This document shows, piece after piece, positions 28,201 to 38,449 of a stretch of 64,000 nt of DNA (position 1 is its first letter; the number at the start of each line of letters is the position of its first letter). Source of the DNA: Candidatus Collierbacteria bacterium RIFOXYD2_FULL_45_13 (GTDB lineage: Bacteria; Patescibacteriota; Microgenomatia; UBA1400; MFAQ01). The stretch is from the NCBI GenBank assembly GCA_001774685.1, contig MFAS01000001.1, positions 351,557 through 415,556 of the forward strand. Direction: 5' to 3'. Under the pieces are notes generated by a model. It made no database searches. It saw nothing but the letters and a program-made list of their open reading frames with translations, and was not told the DNA's origin. The translations under genes were made by a program, and so were the position numbers.

Positions 28201-31200
28201 CTACATCCCTCCCAAGAAGCCAAAGGCTTCTCTAAGATTGGTAACTACCAGATTAAAAGCATTTTCTGTTGCCTTTGGAGTGATGGTCACTGTATCAATT
28301 GAGTTGCCTAGATTTCCCACCTTGTCTCTAGAGAGGGATCTTAGGTGGTAGACCTTAGATGGTGTCAGTGAAGAAATGATTACTAAGTGATTAAGTGTTA
28401 GGTTTGCATCCTCTTGAGTCTTCTGGGCATAGTTTGCTCCCGTTCCTTCACCAAACTCCACTTGAGAGGTAGCTGGTTCGTCCGTATTCCACGAGACTAG
28501 TAGTTGAGCTGTCGATTCTTGTTGGGTAGATGAAGAACTAGTCTGGACATTGGTACCCTCTACCCGAAGGTCACTCACTTGTGGTGGTCGAGTGTCTGTG
28601 GCTGTGGTTACCCTTTGAGTGTCAGAAGTTGCTTCGTTTCCGGCCTTGTCTCTCCCTTTTACTACCAAGACGTAGTCAGTTTGAGGCAGAAGACTACGGA
28701 TGATCATTCGATGTTCTCCCTTAGTCAGAGCCACATTCACTTCGTCACGAATCTCGGCAGGTCGACCACTGGGGTAGAAAGAGACTACCGAGGATACCTC
28801 AGTATTGGTTGTCCAAGTAATTAACAAGGTTGACTGGGCTGTATTGGCCACTTGCTGGATACGCACACTGGATATCTTGGGGCGGGGGAGGGTTTCAAAC
28901 GAGTAGACATTGCCTTCATACTCATTTCCATCTGAGTCAAAAGTATTAATCTTGTAGTAGTACTTGGTGCCGTCATTTAGATCGCTCAGCAAAACGTTAT
29001 ACGTCGACTCCCCAGTTCCTGTACTTGTGGTAGTCGTTCCGCCAAACGCAGTGCTAATGCCATAATAAATTTTTGCACTTGAAGCGGCAGTTGAAGTGAA
29101 TTGAATTATGGCTGACGATAAGCTAATTGAGGTGGCTTTGGCTTCCTTTATGTTTGGCGCTGCCGCAGTCGTAAAGCTCTTCTCCTCACTCGTCCCGGTA
29201 TTACCATCTTCATCAGTCCATTTTGCCTTGTAATAGTAGGTCGTCCCGGCTTTTAGGTTGGTGAGGTTCACAGTGTGACTAGAAACCTGAGATGAGTTAG
29301 ACACTTCGTCAGAGCCGTAAGATCCGCTCGTTGTCCCATACTGTATCTTCGAGTCAGACGATCGGCTAGTTCCCCAGGTAATGGTCGCTTTCTTGGTGGT
29401 GATGGAAGATGCAGAGGGTTGGGTATCTAGCGAAGGCGCGCTCGTCCACTTACCGGTTGGAGTGATCGAGACAGCATTGGTACCGGATGACAAAGCATCA
29501 GCCCCGTCTTGGGTATATACCTTGTAATAATAGATGGAACTTGTCGGTGTGCTGTCTACGTATGATAGTCCGGTTGTTGTTCCTACTTGAGTAAAAGTAG
29601 AGTTGTCTGTCGATCTTTTGACTAAGTAGGTTAAGTTTCCTGCTCCTTGGTATGTTGGAGCCGTCCAGGTAAGAGTTACATTCCACTGCTCCGATGCCTT
29701 AATTGAAGAGTCAGAAGCCACTACGTTTCCCACATTGTCAGGATCAGTGGAGTTTAAAGTGAAGACCCCCTTGATACAGTTACTCGAAGAGTAGTTTGGG
29801 GTAGTCGCATCATCTATGGCTACTACATATAGAGTGTTGGCGCCTTTGTTTACGTTTGGTAACGCCGCTGTCGCTACGGTTCTGACTAAGTCGTTGTCAA
29901 TATATGTTGAGCTGTTTCCTTGTAGCGTTGTTAGTGATGTTGGAGGTGAAGTGTTAATCATGTAGTAATAACTACCTACCGTATTTGATCCGGACGGACT
30001 CGCTGTCGGCCAAGAGAGGGCAAAGGAATTAGTATCCGAAGATGATGGCGTTACGGTGACGGAATCGGTAGCATCGCACGAAGATGTAAAGGATGGTGCT
30101 GCTCCACCGTATGAGAGAGATGCTGTTCTGTAAGTCGACGCAGAGGATAGATTTCCTGCGTTGTCTACAGTTCTAAAGTAGATAATGTTGGATCCATTCA
30201 CAATCGCACCTTCGTCTCTGGATGCTACTAGATAGTACGCCGAAGCTGTAGCTGGGATATAGTCTAGTCCAAGCGCTGAGTCTACAGTCGTTCCATGCCA
30301 CGTCCCACTACTGGAATTAATCTGATACTGCCATCCAAGGACTTGCGAAGCTGAGTCAGTCGCCACTCCCACCCCGGTCGTGGGCCAGCCAAAGAACATA
30401 TCAGTTACATTTGACAAGTTTCCGGAAGGGGCAGTAATGTACGTCACATTGGTTGGAGCTGTATCATCGTATTTAAAAGAAACCAGGTCTTGGTAATTTC
30501 CAGACGTTCCCGTGTAGACGTTTCCGGCCGAATCCACCGCTTTAATCGAAAAATAGTATTGTTTGTTAGAAGTGAGAGTCAGGCCGGCGACAGAAGCTAG
30601 GTTTAGTGAAGTACCCGTAGCAATATATCCACAAGTGGCGTTGTTAGTTACGCCGTCATCAATTCCGTTTAGTTTGCCCGCCGAAGTCTCTGGATCCAGA
30701 CTACTACTTACCCCAATTGTAGCTTCATCCAAAGAGACACAATACCCAGCCAGACCAATACCTCCAGCGTTGTCCGACCCAGCAGTCCAGGTAATAGTGG
30801 GTTCATTTTTAGACCAAGCTCCACTAGTTACTCCGGTAATGGCGACAGCTGTTGCATTTACATCTGGCTTTACTTGGTCAGAAGCCGTGAAAGGAATCGA
30901 GATGTCATAAAACTCGGGTGATAGGGCTCCTTGAATAGCCAAAGTAACCTGGTACTGCAAATATCGATGTTGGTCTGTCACACAGCCACTAGCGGATAGG
31001 TCGGTAGAGGTAGCAATACCGGAACAAGATCCCCAAGCCGTTGCTCCGGACATGTCAGAGTTACTACTCGTCCTTACTTTTACCGTCACTCCCGAAGCCG
31101 AGGCGGTATATGTCAGCGTCCCCCAATCCGCTGCAAATCCAGCGTCAAAAACAGTAGACGTTAAGGATCCCGAAGCCGTATAGGATGTTTCTTCTGTTGA

Positions 31201-32397
31201 CGGGGATCCCACCGTTGGGGCGGAGACTGTGTATTGTCTGGCTAGAATCCAGTCTATGGCTATATCTTCGATATCGGTCGCTCCTGCCGCAGACCCAGTG
31301 AAAAAACCAAGTGAGATAAAATAATTTCCAGTCCAAGCTCCGGAATAGGAGTTTGTAATCGCTCGGTCTTTATAAAAAATCTCCTGAGAACCAGTTACTG
31401 CCATTCCAATTATCTGTGAAGTTCCCACACTGGTTGTAAACTGGGAGCTACCGCTATTAATGTTATAGCTGGCAGAGCTACCATCGGCACCGTATGACAA
31501 GATAGTTGTACTTCCTGGATTGGTAATTAACATGGCTAATTTATCACTTCCGCTATTACCCCCGGAGATAGTTTGATCACCGGAAATCGCCAACCCGGAA
31601 TAAGATCCCGTTACAGTGTTCCATTTCACTTTAGCCTCGACTATTGTGTTAGGCTGCGTTCCAGCCGCGGCATTCGAATATACTGCACCGGTACTCACGG
31701 TTATTTCACTTGAGGTAACCACCTGTGTTCCGGTCGTTGTCCAAGTGCTAGTGTTAAAGCTATCAAAAGTATCAAAAAAGGTGAATGTATTGGTGCCACT
31801 ACTGCCGGCCGCTGCACCTGAGCTTCCATAGTACATATAGATAGTACTGCTTCCTGAGGCGACACTGCTGACTTTTACCCATACAGTTGTTGATGTTGAG
31901 TTACATCCTGTTTCAACCCAATAAGGTAATGCAGTTCCACTGGAGCTAGCAAAGCGCAAATCCTGACAGCTACTTTGAAGTTTGCCAGCAGAGATCAACG
32001 TTTGGGTGTTTACTATTACGGGGATCTGATAGTTGGTTAGTGTTGAGCCAGAGTTAGAAATAGATATATTTTGGCGGTATAACCATTCTGCATAGCTTGC
32101 AGACCATCCTGATGTGGCAACCAAGCTGATCCGTCCCGCACTAGCTGTTGCCTCTGTGCCACTCAAAGCCGACCAAGTCGTCACTGTTCCAGTAGCGAGA
32201 GACGGACTGTCTCCTCCCACCCAACTAGTTTGAGTCCAGGGAGACGTGGCCGCAAAGATCGAAACAATGCCTCGAAGAGTAAAGTACGATCCCGTCGCAA
32301 AACCAATGGAAACCAGTACCAAAGTAATCAGGTTAAACTGAATCCTATTAAAATGAAAATGTGGTTCTAAAAAATACGCCCTTATCTTAGATGTCAT
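28201..32397 (-). CDS. giant N-terminally anchored cell-surface protein (DUF2341/LamG-like region, S/T-rich, >=4 C-terminal FN3-like repeats)
   Basis: 1398 aa; N-terminal TM helix; LRFASSSGTALPYWVE DUF2341-like segment; repeats with TxYYYK...D..GN; no LPXTG. Confidence 0.7.
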   Translation of the reverse strand: MTSKIRAYFLEPHFHFNRIQFNLITLVLVSIGFATGSYFTLRGIVSIFAATSPWTQTSWVGGDSPSLATGTVTTWSALSGTEATASAGRISLVATSGWSASYAEWLYRQNISISNSGSTLTNYQIPVIVNTQTLISAGKLQSSCQDLRFASSSGTALPYWVETGCNSTSTTVWVKVSSVASGSSTIYMYYGSSGAAAGSSGTNTFTFFDTFDSFNTSTWTTTGTQVVTSSEITVSTGAVYSNAAAGTQPNTIVEAKVKWNTVTGSYSGLAISGDQTISGGNSGSDKLAMLITNPGSTTILSYGADGSSASYNINSGSSQFTTSVGTSQIIGMAVTGSQEIFYKDRAITNSYSGAWTGNYFISLGFFTGSAAGATDIEDIAIDWILARQYTVSAPTVGSPSTEETSYTASGSLTSTVFDAGFAADWGTLTYTASASGVTVKVRTSSNSDMSGATAWGSCSGIATSTDLSASGCVTDQHRYLQYQVTLAIQGALSPEFYDISIPFTASDQVKPDVNATAVAITGVTSGAWSKNEPTITWTAGSDNAGGIGLAGYCVSLDEATIGVSSSLDPETSAGKLNGIDDGVTNNATCGYIATGTSLNLASVAGLTLTSNKQYYFSIKAVDSAGNVYTGTSGNYQDLVSFKYDDTAPTNVTYITAPSGNLSNVTDMFFGWPTTGVGVATDSASQVLGWQYQINSSSGTWHGTTVDSALGLDYIPATASAYYLVASRDEGAIVNGSNIIYFRTVDNAGNLSSASTYRTASLSYGGAAPSFTSSCDATDSVTVTPSSSDTNSFALSWPTASPSGSNTVGSYYYMINTSPPTSLTTLQGNSSTYIDNDLVRTVATAALPNVNKGANTLYVVAIDDATTPNYSSSNCIKGVFTLNSTDPDNVGNVVASDSSIKASEQWNVTLTWTAPTYQGAGNLTYLVKRSTDNSTFTQVGTTTGLSYVDSTPTSSIYYYKVYTQDGADALSSGTNAVSITPTGKWTSAPSLDTQPSASSITTKKATITWGTSRSSDSKIQYGTTSGSYGSDEVSNSSQVSSHTVNLTNLKAGTTYYYKAKWTDEDGNTGTSEEKSFTTAAAPNIKEAKATSISLSSAIIQFTSTAASSAKIYYGISTAFGGTTTTSTGTGESTYNVLLSDLNDGTKYYYKINTFDSDGNEYEGNVYSFETLPRPKISSVRIQQVANTAQSTLLITWTTNTEVSSVVSFYPSGRPAEIRDEVNVALTKGEHRMIIRSLLPQTDYVLVVKGRDKAGNEATSDTQRVTTATDTRPPQVSDLRVEGTNVQTSSSSTQQESTAQLLVSWNTDEPATSQVEFGEGTGANYAQKTQEDANLTLNHLVIISSLTPSKVYHLRSLSRDKVGNLGNSIDTVTITPKATENAFNLVVTNLREAFGFLGGM

Positions 32398-32493
32398 ACG
32401 TCAATATATGCCCATATAATCCTGGCATTGCAACTTTCATTATGACTTATTTTCATCGGTTTATCACTCCCGAGATATGTTATTCCAGGCCCA

Positions 32494-33171
32494 TTACTCA
32501 AACAGCTTGAGCACCACCTCGGTAAAAAAAGATTCCACGATAAACCTCTTTGTTTTCAAGTCCGCCTTGCCAGGTATTTCTGGCAGCAAATATTCATCCG
32601 CAATGTGTCGATTCAGCACCCAAGCCGAAATGGTGCCGTCGTCCAGGCTACTTTGTTGGAAATCAAGTTTGTGGTACCCCTCGCTAAATACATATCCCAA
32701 ACTTTCATCTTCGGGATCATCAACTCCATTGAGCAAACCTACCCCGTGCCGTTTCAGCAACTGATTGTGTATTAGTACCCGTTCGTTGGTCGCTTTTCTA
32801 TACGCCACATCATAAAGATAGTAGTCCGGTCCACTCGGATCTTCATGAAACGATATAAACAAATCAAACTTATTCCCCATCATCACCTCAATATTGGCCC
32901 TCACTTCTGGGTCATTCGAGTCAGAAAAAAACTTTCTGTTCATATCATGATTAAGGTAATTATTCCTAGTACCCCGTTTCACGGCCGAAGGGGACACCTC
33001 GGGCACAAATATAAAATCAGGTAACTCCTTACTGTATTTCTGGAGAGCCATTGTTACATATTCAGTCACCTCCGACTCATCCCCGTGAGTACCGGAATGT
33101 ATTAATAGTTTTGGGCTATCACCTGAGACGAAAAAATGAAAATCCGAATATTTGGTGGCGATTTTTCGCAT
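32494..33171 (-). CDS. M14-like zinc carboxypeptidase / AstE-AspA family protein
   Basis: HSGTHGDE motif; ~225 aa. Confidence 0.5.
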   Translation of the reverse strand: MRKIATKYSDFHFFVSGDSPKLLIHSGTHGDESEVTEYVTMALQKYSKELPDFIFVPEVSPSAVKRGTRNNYLNHDMNRKFFSDSNDPEVRANIEVMMGNKFDLFISFHEDPSGPDYYLYDVAYRKATNERVLIHNQLLKRHGVGLLNGVDDPEDESLGYVFSEGYHKLDFQQSSLDDGTISAWVLNRHIADEYLLPEIPGKADLKTKRFIVESFFTEVVLKLFE

Positions 33172-33229
33172 TCTGCTATTTTACCAGCCACAAAAAAACC
33201 AGCCGGTTATCGGCTGGTTGTTTCGTTTC

Positions 33230-33673
33230 TTATCGGGCTCCCAAAATATAGGACTCCATCTGCATAGCCAAAAGTTCTTGATTCTTCCAAAGCATGTGGA
33301 ATATGTCCCTGAGCGAAACAATTCCCACCAGTTTGCCTTCGTCCAGTACCGGCATATGTCTGGACTTCTTCGTTTTCATCAGTTGCATACAGTCCATAAT
33401 GTCGCTGAAAGGCGTTACGTAAGCTGGCTCCGAGACCATAAACTTGGCCACGGTCACGGTTCTCGGATCAATCCCCTCAGCCGTTACCTTGTAGGTTATA
33501 TCTCGTTCCGAAATTATTCCCACTAGCCGCCCTTCTTCCAGTACCGGCAAAGCGCCAATTTGTTTGTCCCGTAACAGTCGTGCTGCTTCAACAATTAATG
33601 TTCCCGGGCTTACTGTGTGGACCTTGTCACCTTCAGAGTGTGCACTCTTTAACAATTGAGATACTCTTGACAT
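33230..33673 (-). CDS. CBS-domain pair protein
   Basis: Two CBS motifs; AGAGGAG RBS 7 nt upstream of MSRVSQ (Met14 of the track ORF). Confidence 0.7.
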   Translation of the reverse strand: MSRVSQLLKSAHSEGDKVHTVSPGTLIVEAARLLRDKQIGALPVLEEGRLVGIISERDITYKVTAEGIDPRTVTVAKFMVSEPAYVTPFSDIMDCMQLMKTKKSRHMPVLDEGKLVGIVSLRDIFHMLWKNQELLAMQMESYILGAR

Positions 33674-33771
33674 AGGATTCTCCTCTTTGGGTTTGGAAAC
33701 GTGCAAGATCAATATTCTAACTCATTGTGCTACATTTGTCTTCTTGATAAGGAAGTTGGATAATAATACTT

Positions 33772-34437
33772 ATGAAAAAACTACTGATCGGTTTAGTTGT
33801 TCTGGTCATTTTAGTAATTGCCGGTTTGAGTTATCTCGGGTTTATGCCTTTTCTTTCTGGTTATCTTGCCAAGCAGGTTGACCTGGGTATCAAAGCCGAT
33901 CCCGCCTTTGTCACTGCTTTCGAGTCCAAATACGGCACTCCCAACGGAACGGGCAAGGTCAGCCTAGATGTCACCCTATCCAGCGCTGAGGTTACTTCCA
34001 TCTTCGCTGTCTGGGAGGAAAGAGACAAACACTTTCCTCTCCATAACGTACAAATCAGGTTTAATCCAGATGGCACCGGTGAAGCTTCCGGTTTTCTTAA
34101 GGTGTCTACAGCTATTTCCTTGGCCAAAAATCTCGGCTACTCCGACTCCGACATCGAACAGGGCAAACAGTACGTTCAGTATGTTGCGGGAGATCTACCC
34201 TTTTACGTCAAAGGCACTGGGGGAATGACCAATAACACCCTCTCCATAAATCCTTCTACTTTCCAGATCGGCAGAGTGACTGTCCCGGAATCCATTACCA
34301 AGCCGGTCGCCGTCGCGGTTGGCGACATGATCGAACGCCGCATCAGTCAAATAGGAGGAGCCAACATCCAAGAAGCCAGTTTCAAATCGGGCTCTTTCCG
34401 TCTCGTTGGTTCAGTCCCCGAGACCATTAAATACTAA
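33772..34437 (+). CDS. hypothetical membrane-anchored protein
   Basis: N-terminal TM helix. Confidence 0.35.
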   Translation: MKKLLIGLVVLVILVIAGLSYLGFMPFLSGYLAKQVDLGIKADPAFVTAFESKYGTPNGTGKVSLDVTLSSAEVTSIFAVWEERDKHFPLHNVQIRFNPDGTGEASGFLKVSTAISLAKNLGYSDSDIEQGKQYVQYVAGDLPFYVKGTGGMTNNTLSINPSTFQIGRVTVPESITKPVAVAVGDMIERRISQIGGANIQEASFKSGSFRLVGSVPETIKY

Positions 34438-34515
34438 AAAAAGACCGTTCTCGGTCAGCGAACCACCATTAGGTGGTAACTTTTTTGACTGCGTTCAACC
34501 AGTCTCTGATTCTGT

Positions 34516-34731
34516 TTACATTATGCGTATTGAAGTAATCCATTCGGCGGTCTCTACGACGGAATACCTCATACCTTCGAACTCAAACTCGCCGCGGCAT
34601 ACATCTAAAATTAGCGATGTCTTTCTTGGATCCCAAACAACAGTTTCATTCACCATTGCATTGAGTACAGACTCGAGTTTGGAAAACGGTAAGTTCGTCG
34701 CAATCGATTTGTGATCATTGGGAACGGCCAC
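34516..34731 (-). CDS. hypothetical protein
   Basis: ORF track only. Confidence 0.2.
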   Translation of the reverse strand: MAVPNDHKSIATNLPFSKLESVLNAMVNETVVWDPRKTSLILDVCRGEFEFEGMRYSVVETAEWITSIRIM

Positions 34732-34791
34732 GATAATCTCCTTTGTTAAAGAATGAGAAAAGATACCAGCTTTCTATAATTTCGTCAACAG

Positions 34792-35136
34792 CTAGCTAAT
34801 CTTAATTTTCTTTACCATGCCGGTATTAGCTAAGCTATCAAAAACCGGACCAATAGCTTTCTCTGGTTCACTGCTACCCATATCAGCCCAAAAAGAAAAG
34901 GTGGTATCTTTTTTGGTCCAAGACGTTTCGCCAATTTCCCAACTGTGCATAAATCCACCGTATCCTTTCTCGACACCGATATTCGCCCAAGTTGACACTA
35001 TTTCCTGAATCGTAATTTTATCCGTGGAAGATAGTGGATTTTGAAAAAAAACCGTATAGGTTAAATCTGACCAGTCCGAGTTTGGGGAAAACTCAACTTT
35101 AAATGGCCACTCTTCCTCTCCCTGCCTTTCCGTCAT
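34792..35136 (-). CDS. hypothetical protein
   Basis: ORF track only. Confidence 0.3.
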   Translation of the reverse strand: MTERQGEEEWPFKVEFSPNSDWSDLTYTVFFQNPLSSTDKITIQEIVSTWANIGVEKGYGGFMHSWEIGETSWTKKDTTFSFWADMGSSEPEKAIGPVFDSLANTGMVKKIKIS

Positions 35137-35246
35137 ATCAGCAATCTTACACCCAAAACTACTGGTAATGTACGGAGCAGGAAGCTGTTCAGGCAGGTTT
35201 CACCAAGTCCCCGAACTGTAAATAAGGTCCTCACTACGCTTCCTTA

Positions 35247-36023
35247 CTAGCTAAACTGCTTCCACTTTTTATCCGTCCTCGTTCTATGTATCTTCACCAG
35301 TTTTCTTTGTTCCCTTTGCCATTTAGCGAAAGATCCACGACAGTGTACGTCATTTGTATAAGTGTTTATCCATCGTACCGCTGACCATTCACCAACAGAT
35401 CTGCATTTGGTATATTTGTAAACCACAAAGTCACGATACTTATTCATTTCTCCGTCAGGCACCAGAGGAGTTGGCCTTTTGACAATTTTCAGGAGGCATG
35501 TGTTCACAATGGGGGTAGGGTAAAAGTCGGTTCTTTCGAAAACGTGGCCGACTGTGATATCAAACCAGGGATAAAACAATATTGAGAGCATACTCTGCTT
35601 TTTCGGATTAATCACGAATTTTTGAGCAGCCTCTTTCTGGACAATCAGAACACAGGTCTCTGGTGGATTATCCGAAAATAATAGCTTCTTCACAATCTCT
35701 CCCGTAATAGCAAACGGTATGTTTGAAAAGACCTTGTATGGTTCTTTGGGAAGGTCAAAGTCCAAAAAGTCTCCACAGACAATCCCCAAAGCTTTATGGT
35801 TCTCCAACCGTCTAGACATTTGGACAGCCAGCGCTTTGTCTATTTCAATAGCTATCACTTTCCTGGAAATAGATAGTAAAGCTTCTGCAATATTGCCGTT
35901 TCCGGCCCCAATATCCAAAACTGTATCTTTGCACGAAATACCCGAGGCCCTAATGAGCCGAGTTATCAGCCCCTCGTCCCTAAGAAAGTTCTGCGATAGT
36001 AGTTTCCGCCTTGTTTTGAACAT
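35247..36023 (-). CDS. rRNA adenine N6-dimethyltransferase, Erm/KsgA family (Erm-like signature)
   Basis: LSQNFL, LDIGAGNGNI (SAM binding) and FSNIPFAITGEIVKKLLFSD (close to Erm GNIPYNISTDIIRKIVF) motifs. Confidence 0.65.
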   Translation of the reverse strand: MFKTRRKLLSQNFLRDEGLITRLIRASGISCKDTVLDIGAGNGNIAEALLSISRKVIAIEIDKALAVQMSRRLENHKALGIVCGDFLDFDLPKEPYKVFSNIPFAITGEIVKKLLFSDNPPETCVLIVQKEAAQKFVINPKKQSMLSILFYPWFDITVGHVFERTDFYPTPIVNTCLLKIVKRPTPLVPDGEMNKYRDFVVYKYTKCRSVGEWSAVRWINTYTNDVHCRGSFAKWQREQRKLVKIHRTRTDKKWKQFS

Positions 36024-36095
36024 GGCGGAGGATGATGCAAGTAATCATAATAGCCTCATTATAACAGGATTTACCATCCTGTCAACTGCTATAGG

Positions 36096-37604
36096 TTAGA
36101 TTGGGTTTGGCAAAACTCCCTGCTCGGGTTTCATGGAATGGTCTACCGAAATCAGTTTATTCCCTCCACTTTTCTTCACCATACCGGTCATGGGGAACGT
36201 CACATAAAAAGTAGTTCCCTTCCCTTCCTCGGACTCAAACCTGATACTTCCACCGGAGTTTTTTACAACTTCGTGAATAATATAAAGCCCTAATCCTGAT
36301 CCACCGGGATCAATACTTTTTACATTGTCGGAGCGGAACAGCTTTCCAAAAATTTTGTCTTGGTCTTTTTGCGGTATGCCCACGCCTGTATCCGAAACAA
36401 TAATGTTTAACAAGCCGTTTTCTCTTTTTATCGCAATGGTTACATCACCACCAATGGGAGTGTATTTTACGGCATTTGTCAGCAGGTTCTGAAATATTAT
36501 TTCCAGAAGATCGGGGTCTCCGGGAAACGAAATTGCGTTGGGGTCATATTCTTCTTTTAAGGTTAGATGTTTGCTTTCAATTTGTAAGCTTAGAGTTTCC
36601 AGATTTAGTTTAGCAATTTCAACGGGATTTACCATTTTTGGTTCTATCGTAAAAGTTCCCATTTCCAGGCTGGACACGTTGAGAAGTGAATTTACTAAAG
36701 CCGACATTCTTTTACTGGCAAGATTGATTTCCTGTGCAAATTGTCCTCTTTTTTCCACCGATGCCAAGTATTTTACCGATTGCAGCAGCTCGGAGTACCA
36801 GTTTATTGCCGTCAGAGGTGTCCTCATCTGATGAGATGCCAAGGAAACAAACTCGGTTTTTGTTTTATCGATATCATGTTCTCTAGTGGCATCGTAGATA
36901 GCAAACACGCAGCCATAAGCTGACCCTCCAATGCCGGGAATTGGGGAAGCGGAGCCTGCCACCGGCGTTTTCGTGCCGTTTTTGTTTACCAGCAAAGTTT
37001 GTTTTTCCAGTCTTATTACTCTATTTTCGGCAATCACCTTAGAGGCAAATTCAGAGTAGATTGCTCCGTCGCTTTCTCTTACCAATTTCAAGATCTCATC
37101 GTACTGGACTCCTATCGCTTCAATGGCGGAAACCCCACTTAATTTTTCCGCAATCTTATTGAACAGATTTATCTTCCCCCCTTTGTCACAAACAATCACG
37201 GCCTCATCCACCGAAGAGAGAATGGCATCATTGAAAGACTTACCGGAGGCCAATTTATACTCGATATTTTTTAAATCCGTAATATCGTGACCGTAGATTC
37301 TCAGTCTGTCCGGGCTGATGAATTTTATATCTTGTAGATACCATCGACCGTTGATCTGCATTTCCCTTCTTTCCACTCTTTTATCGGTATCGTTTAGCTC
37401 CCTAAAGTACTTCTCGGACTCATTTACATAAGGGTGGCTCATCTTCAGATCGCCAATTTCAGGGAAAAGTGCCGCAGCCACAGGGTTAACATAGGTAATA
37501 CCGGCACCCTTTTCCATTTCCAGTATCGGGCTAGTGTCTTGGTCCGGGAACGAAGCCAGCCATTTTACTTTGATCTCAGCTTTAGTCAAACTCAGATTCC
37601 ACAA
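36096..37604 (-). CDS. cytoplasmic PAS-domain sensor histidine kinase
   Basis: HisKA H-box ASHQMRTPLTAI and HATPase_c G-boxes. The ORF track uses a TTG start abutting the sortase start; the true start may be the Met at 37517. Confidence 0.75.
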   Translation of the reverse strand: MWNLSLTKAEIKVKWLASFPDQDTSPILEMEKGAGITYVNPVAAALFPEIGDLKMSHPYVNESEKYFRELNDTDKRVERREMQINGRWYLQDIKFISPDRLRIYGHDITDLKNIEYKLASGKSFNDAILSSVDEAVIVCDKGGKINLFNKIAEKLSGVSAIEAIGVQYDEILKLVRESDGAIYSEFASKVIAENRVIRLEKQTLLVNKNGTKTPVAGSASPIPGIGGSAYGCVFAIYDATREHDIDKTKTEFVSLASHQMRTPLTAINWYSELLQSVKYLASVEKRGQFAQEINLASKRMSALVNSLLNVSSLEMGTFTIEPKMVNPVEIAKLNLETLSLQIESKHLTLKEEYDPNAISFPGDPDLLEIIFQNLLTNAVKYTPIGGDVTIAIKRENGLLNIIVSDTGVGIPQKDQDKIFGKLFRSDNVKSIDPGGSGLGLYIIHEVVKNSGGSIRFESEEGKGTTFYVTFPMTGMVKKSGGNKLISVDHSMKPEQGVLPNPI

Positions 37605-38207
37605 ATGAAACCAAAATTTTCTCTATTATTTTTCTTTTGCTTGGCGTTTTCTCCTATTATTCTTTTATCTCTTGGTTTGTTTGGTGGCCGAATATATATT
37701 AGTGAGAACACGAAACAGATCAAGTTGACCAACACTGTTATGGGGGTAAGTACTCCGGAGAGGTTCGGAGGTGTTCCTGTCCGTCTCATAATACCCAGTA
37801 TCCGTGTAAACACTTCTATCCAAAGTGTCTGGCTTGATCAAGAGGGGACTGTGGGAGTTCCGGATAGTCCCCTGGAAGTTGGCTGGCTAGATCTGGAGAT
37901 ACTTTCGGGCAGTATCGGTAGTGCTGTTATTTCCGGTCATCTAAACCAGGAAAACGGCGAGCCCGGAGTTTTTGCCGAGCTGAATAAATTAAAGGTGGGC
38001 GAGACAATATTTTTACAAAAGGTAAGCGGTGATGAAGTAGCCTTCAAGGTCAGTGAAATCCATACTTATGACTCTGATTACACCGAGGACGTCTTTGGAG
38101 TACATGAGGGAGGGAGACTCTCTCTAGTTACGTGCAATGGTGTCTGGGACAAAAAAGCCAAAAGTTACGACAAAAGACTGGTCGTTACGGCTCTACGCAT
38201 TCCGTAG
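37605..38207 (+). CDS. sortase-family transpeptidase
   Basis: N-terminal TM helix; catalytic His (ISGHL) and LVTC Cys motif; the track ORF (37434) trimmed to the in-frame ATG. Confidence 0.6.
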   Translation: MKPKFSLLFFFCLAFSPIILLSLGLFGGRIYISENTKQIKLTNTVMGVSTPERFGGVPVRLIIPSIRVNTSIQSVWLDQEGTVGVPDSPLEVGWLDLEILSGSIGSAVISGHLNQENGEPGVFAELNKLKVGETIFLQKVSGDEVAFKVSEIHTYDSDYTEDVFGVHEGGRLSLVTCNGVWDKKAKSYDKRLVVTALRIP

Positions 38208-38224
38208 ATTAGATCAACGAGGAA

Positions 38225-38443
38225 CTATTTTGTCTGGTTGATATTTACATCAATCTCACTAGGTATGTTTATCTGAGGAGTACCCACCTGCATATTTCTG
38301 AACGCCGGCAGTCCATATACCCACAGTAGATATCCAAGAACCAGCAAGATGACTAGTCCGACCATCATTCCCATACCTCCTCCCGAATCACTGGAGGGAT
38401 TATTAATAATCGTCGTTGTTTTTTCGCTACTTTTTTTAGCCAT
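38225..38443 (-). CDS. small membrane protein
   Basis: One TM helix; G/M-rich. Confidence 0.3.
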   Translation of the reverse strand: MAKKSSEKTTTIINNPSSDSGGGMGMMVGLVILLVLGYLLWVYGLPAFRNMQVGTPQINIPSEIDVNINQTK

Positions 38444-38449
38444 ATTGGT

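Noticed and set aside
30563-30910. ORFs inside the giant surface protein gene on the opposite strand (also 28579..28824, 31616..31831)
   Set aside because: Antisense to the 1398-aa ORF; no support.
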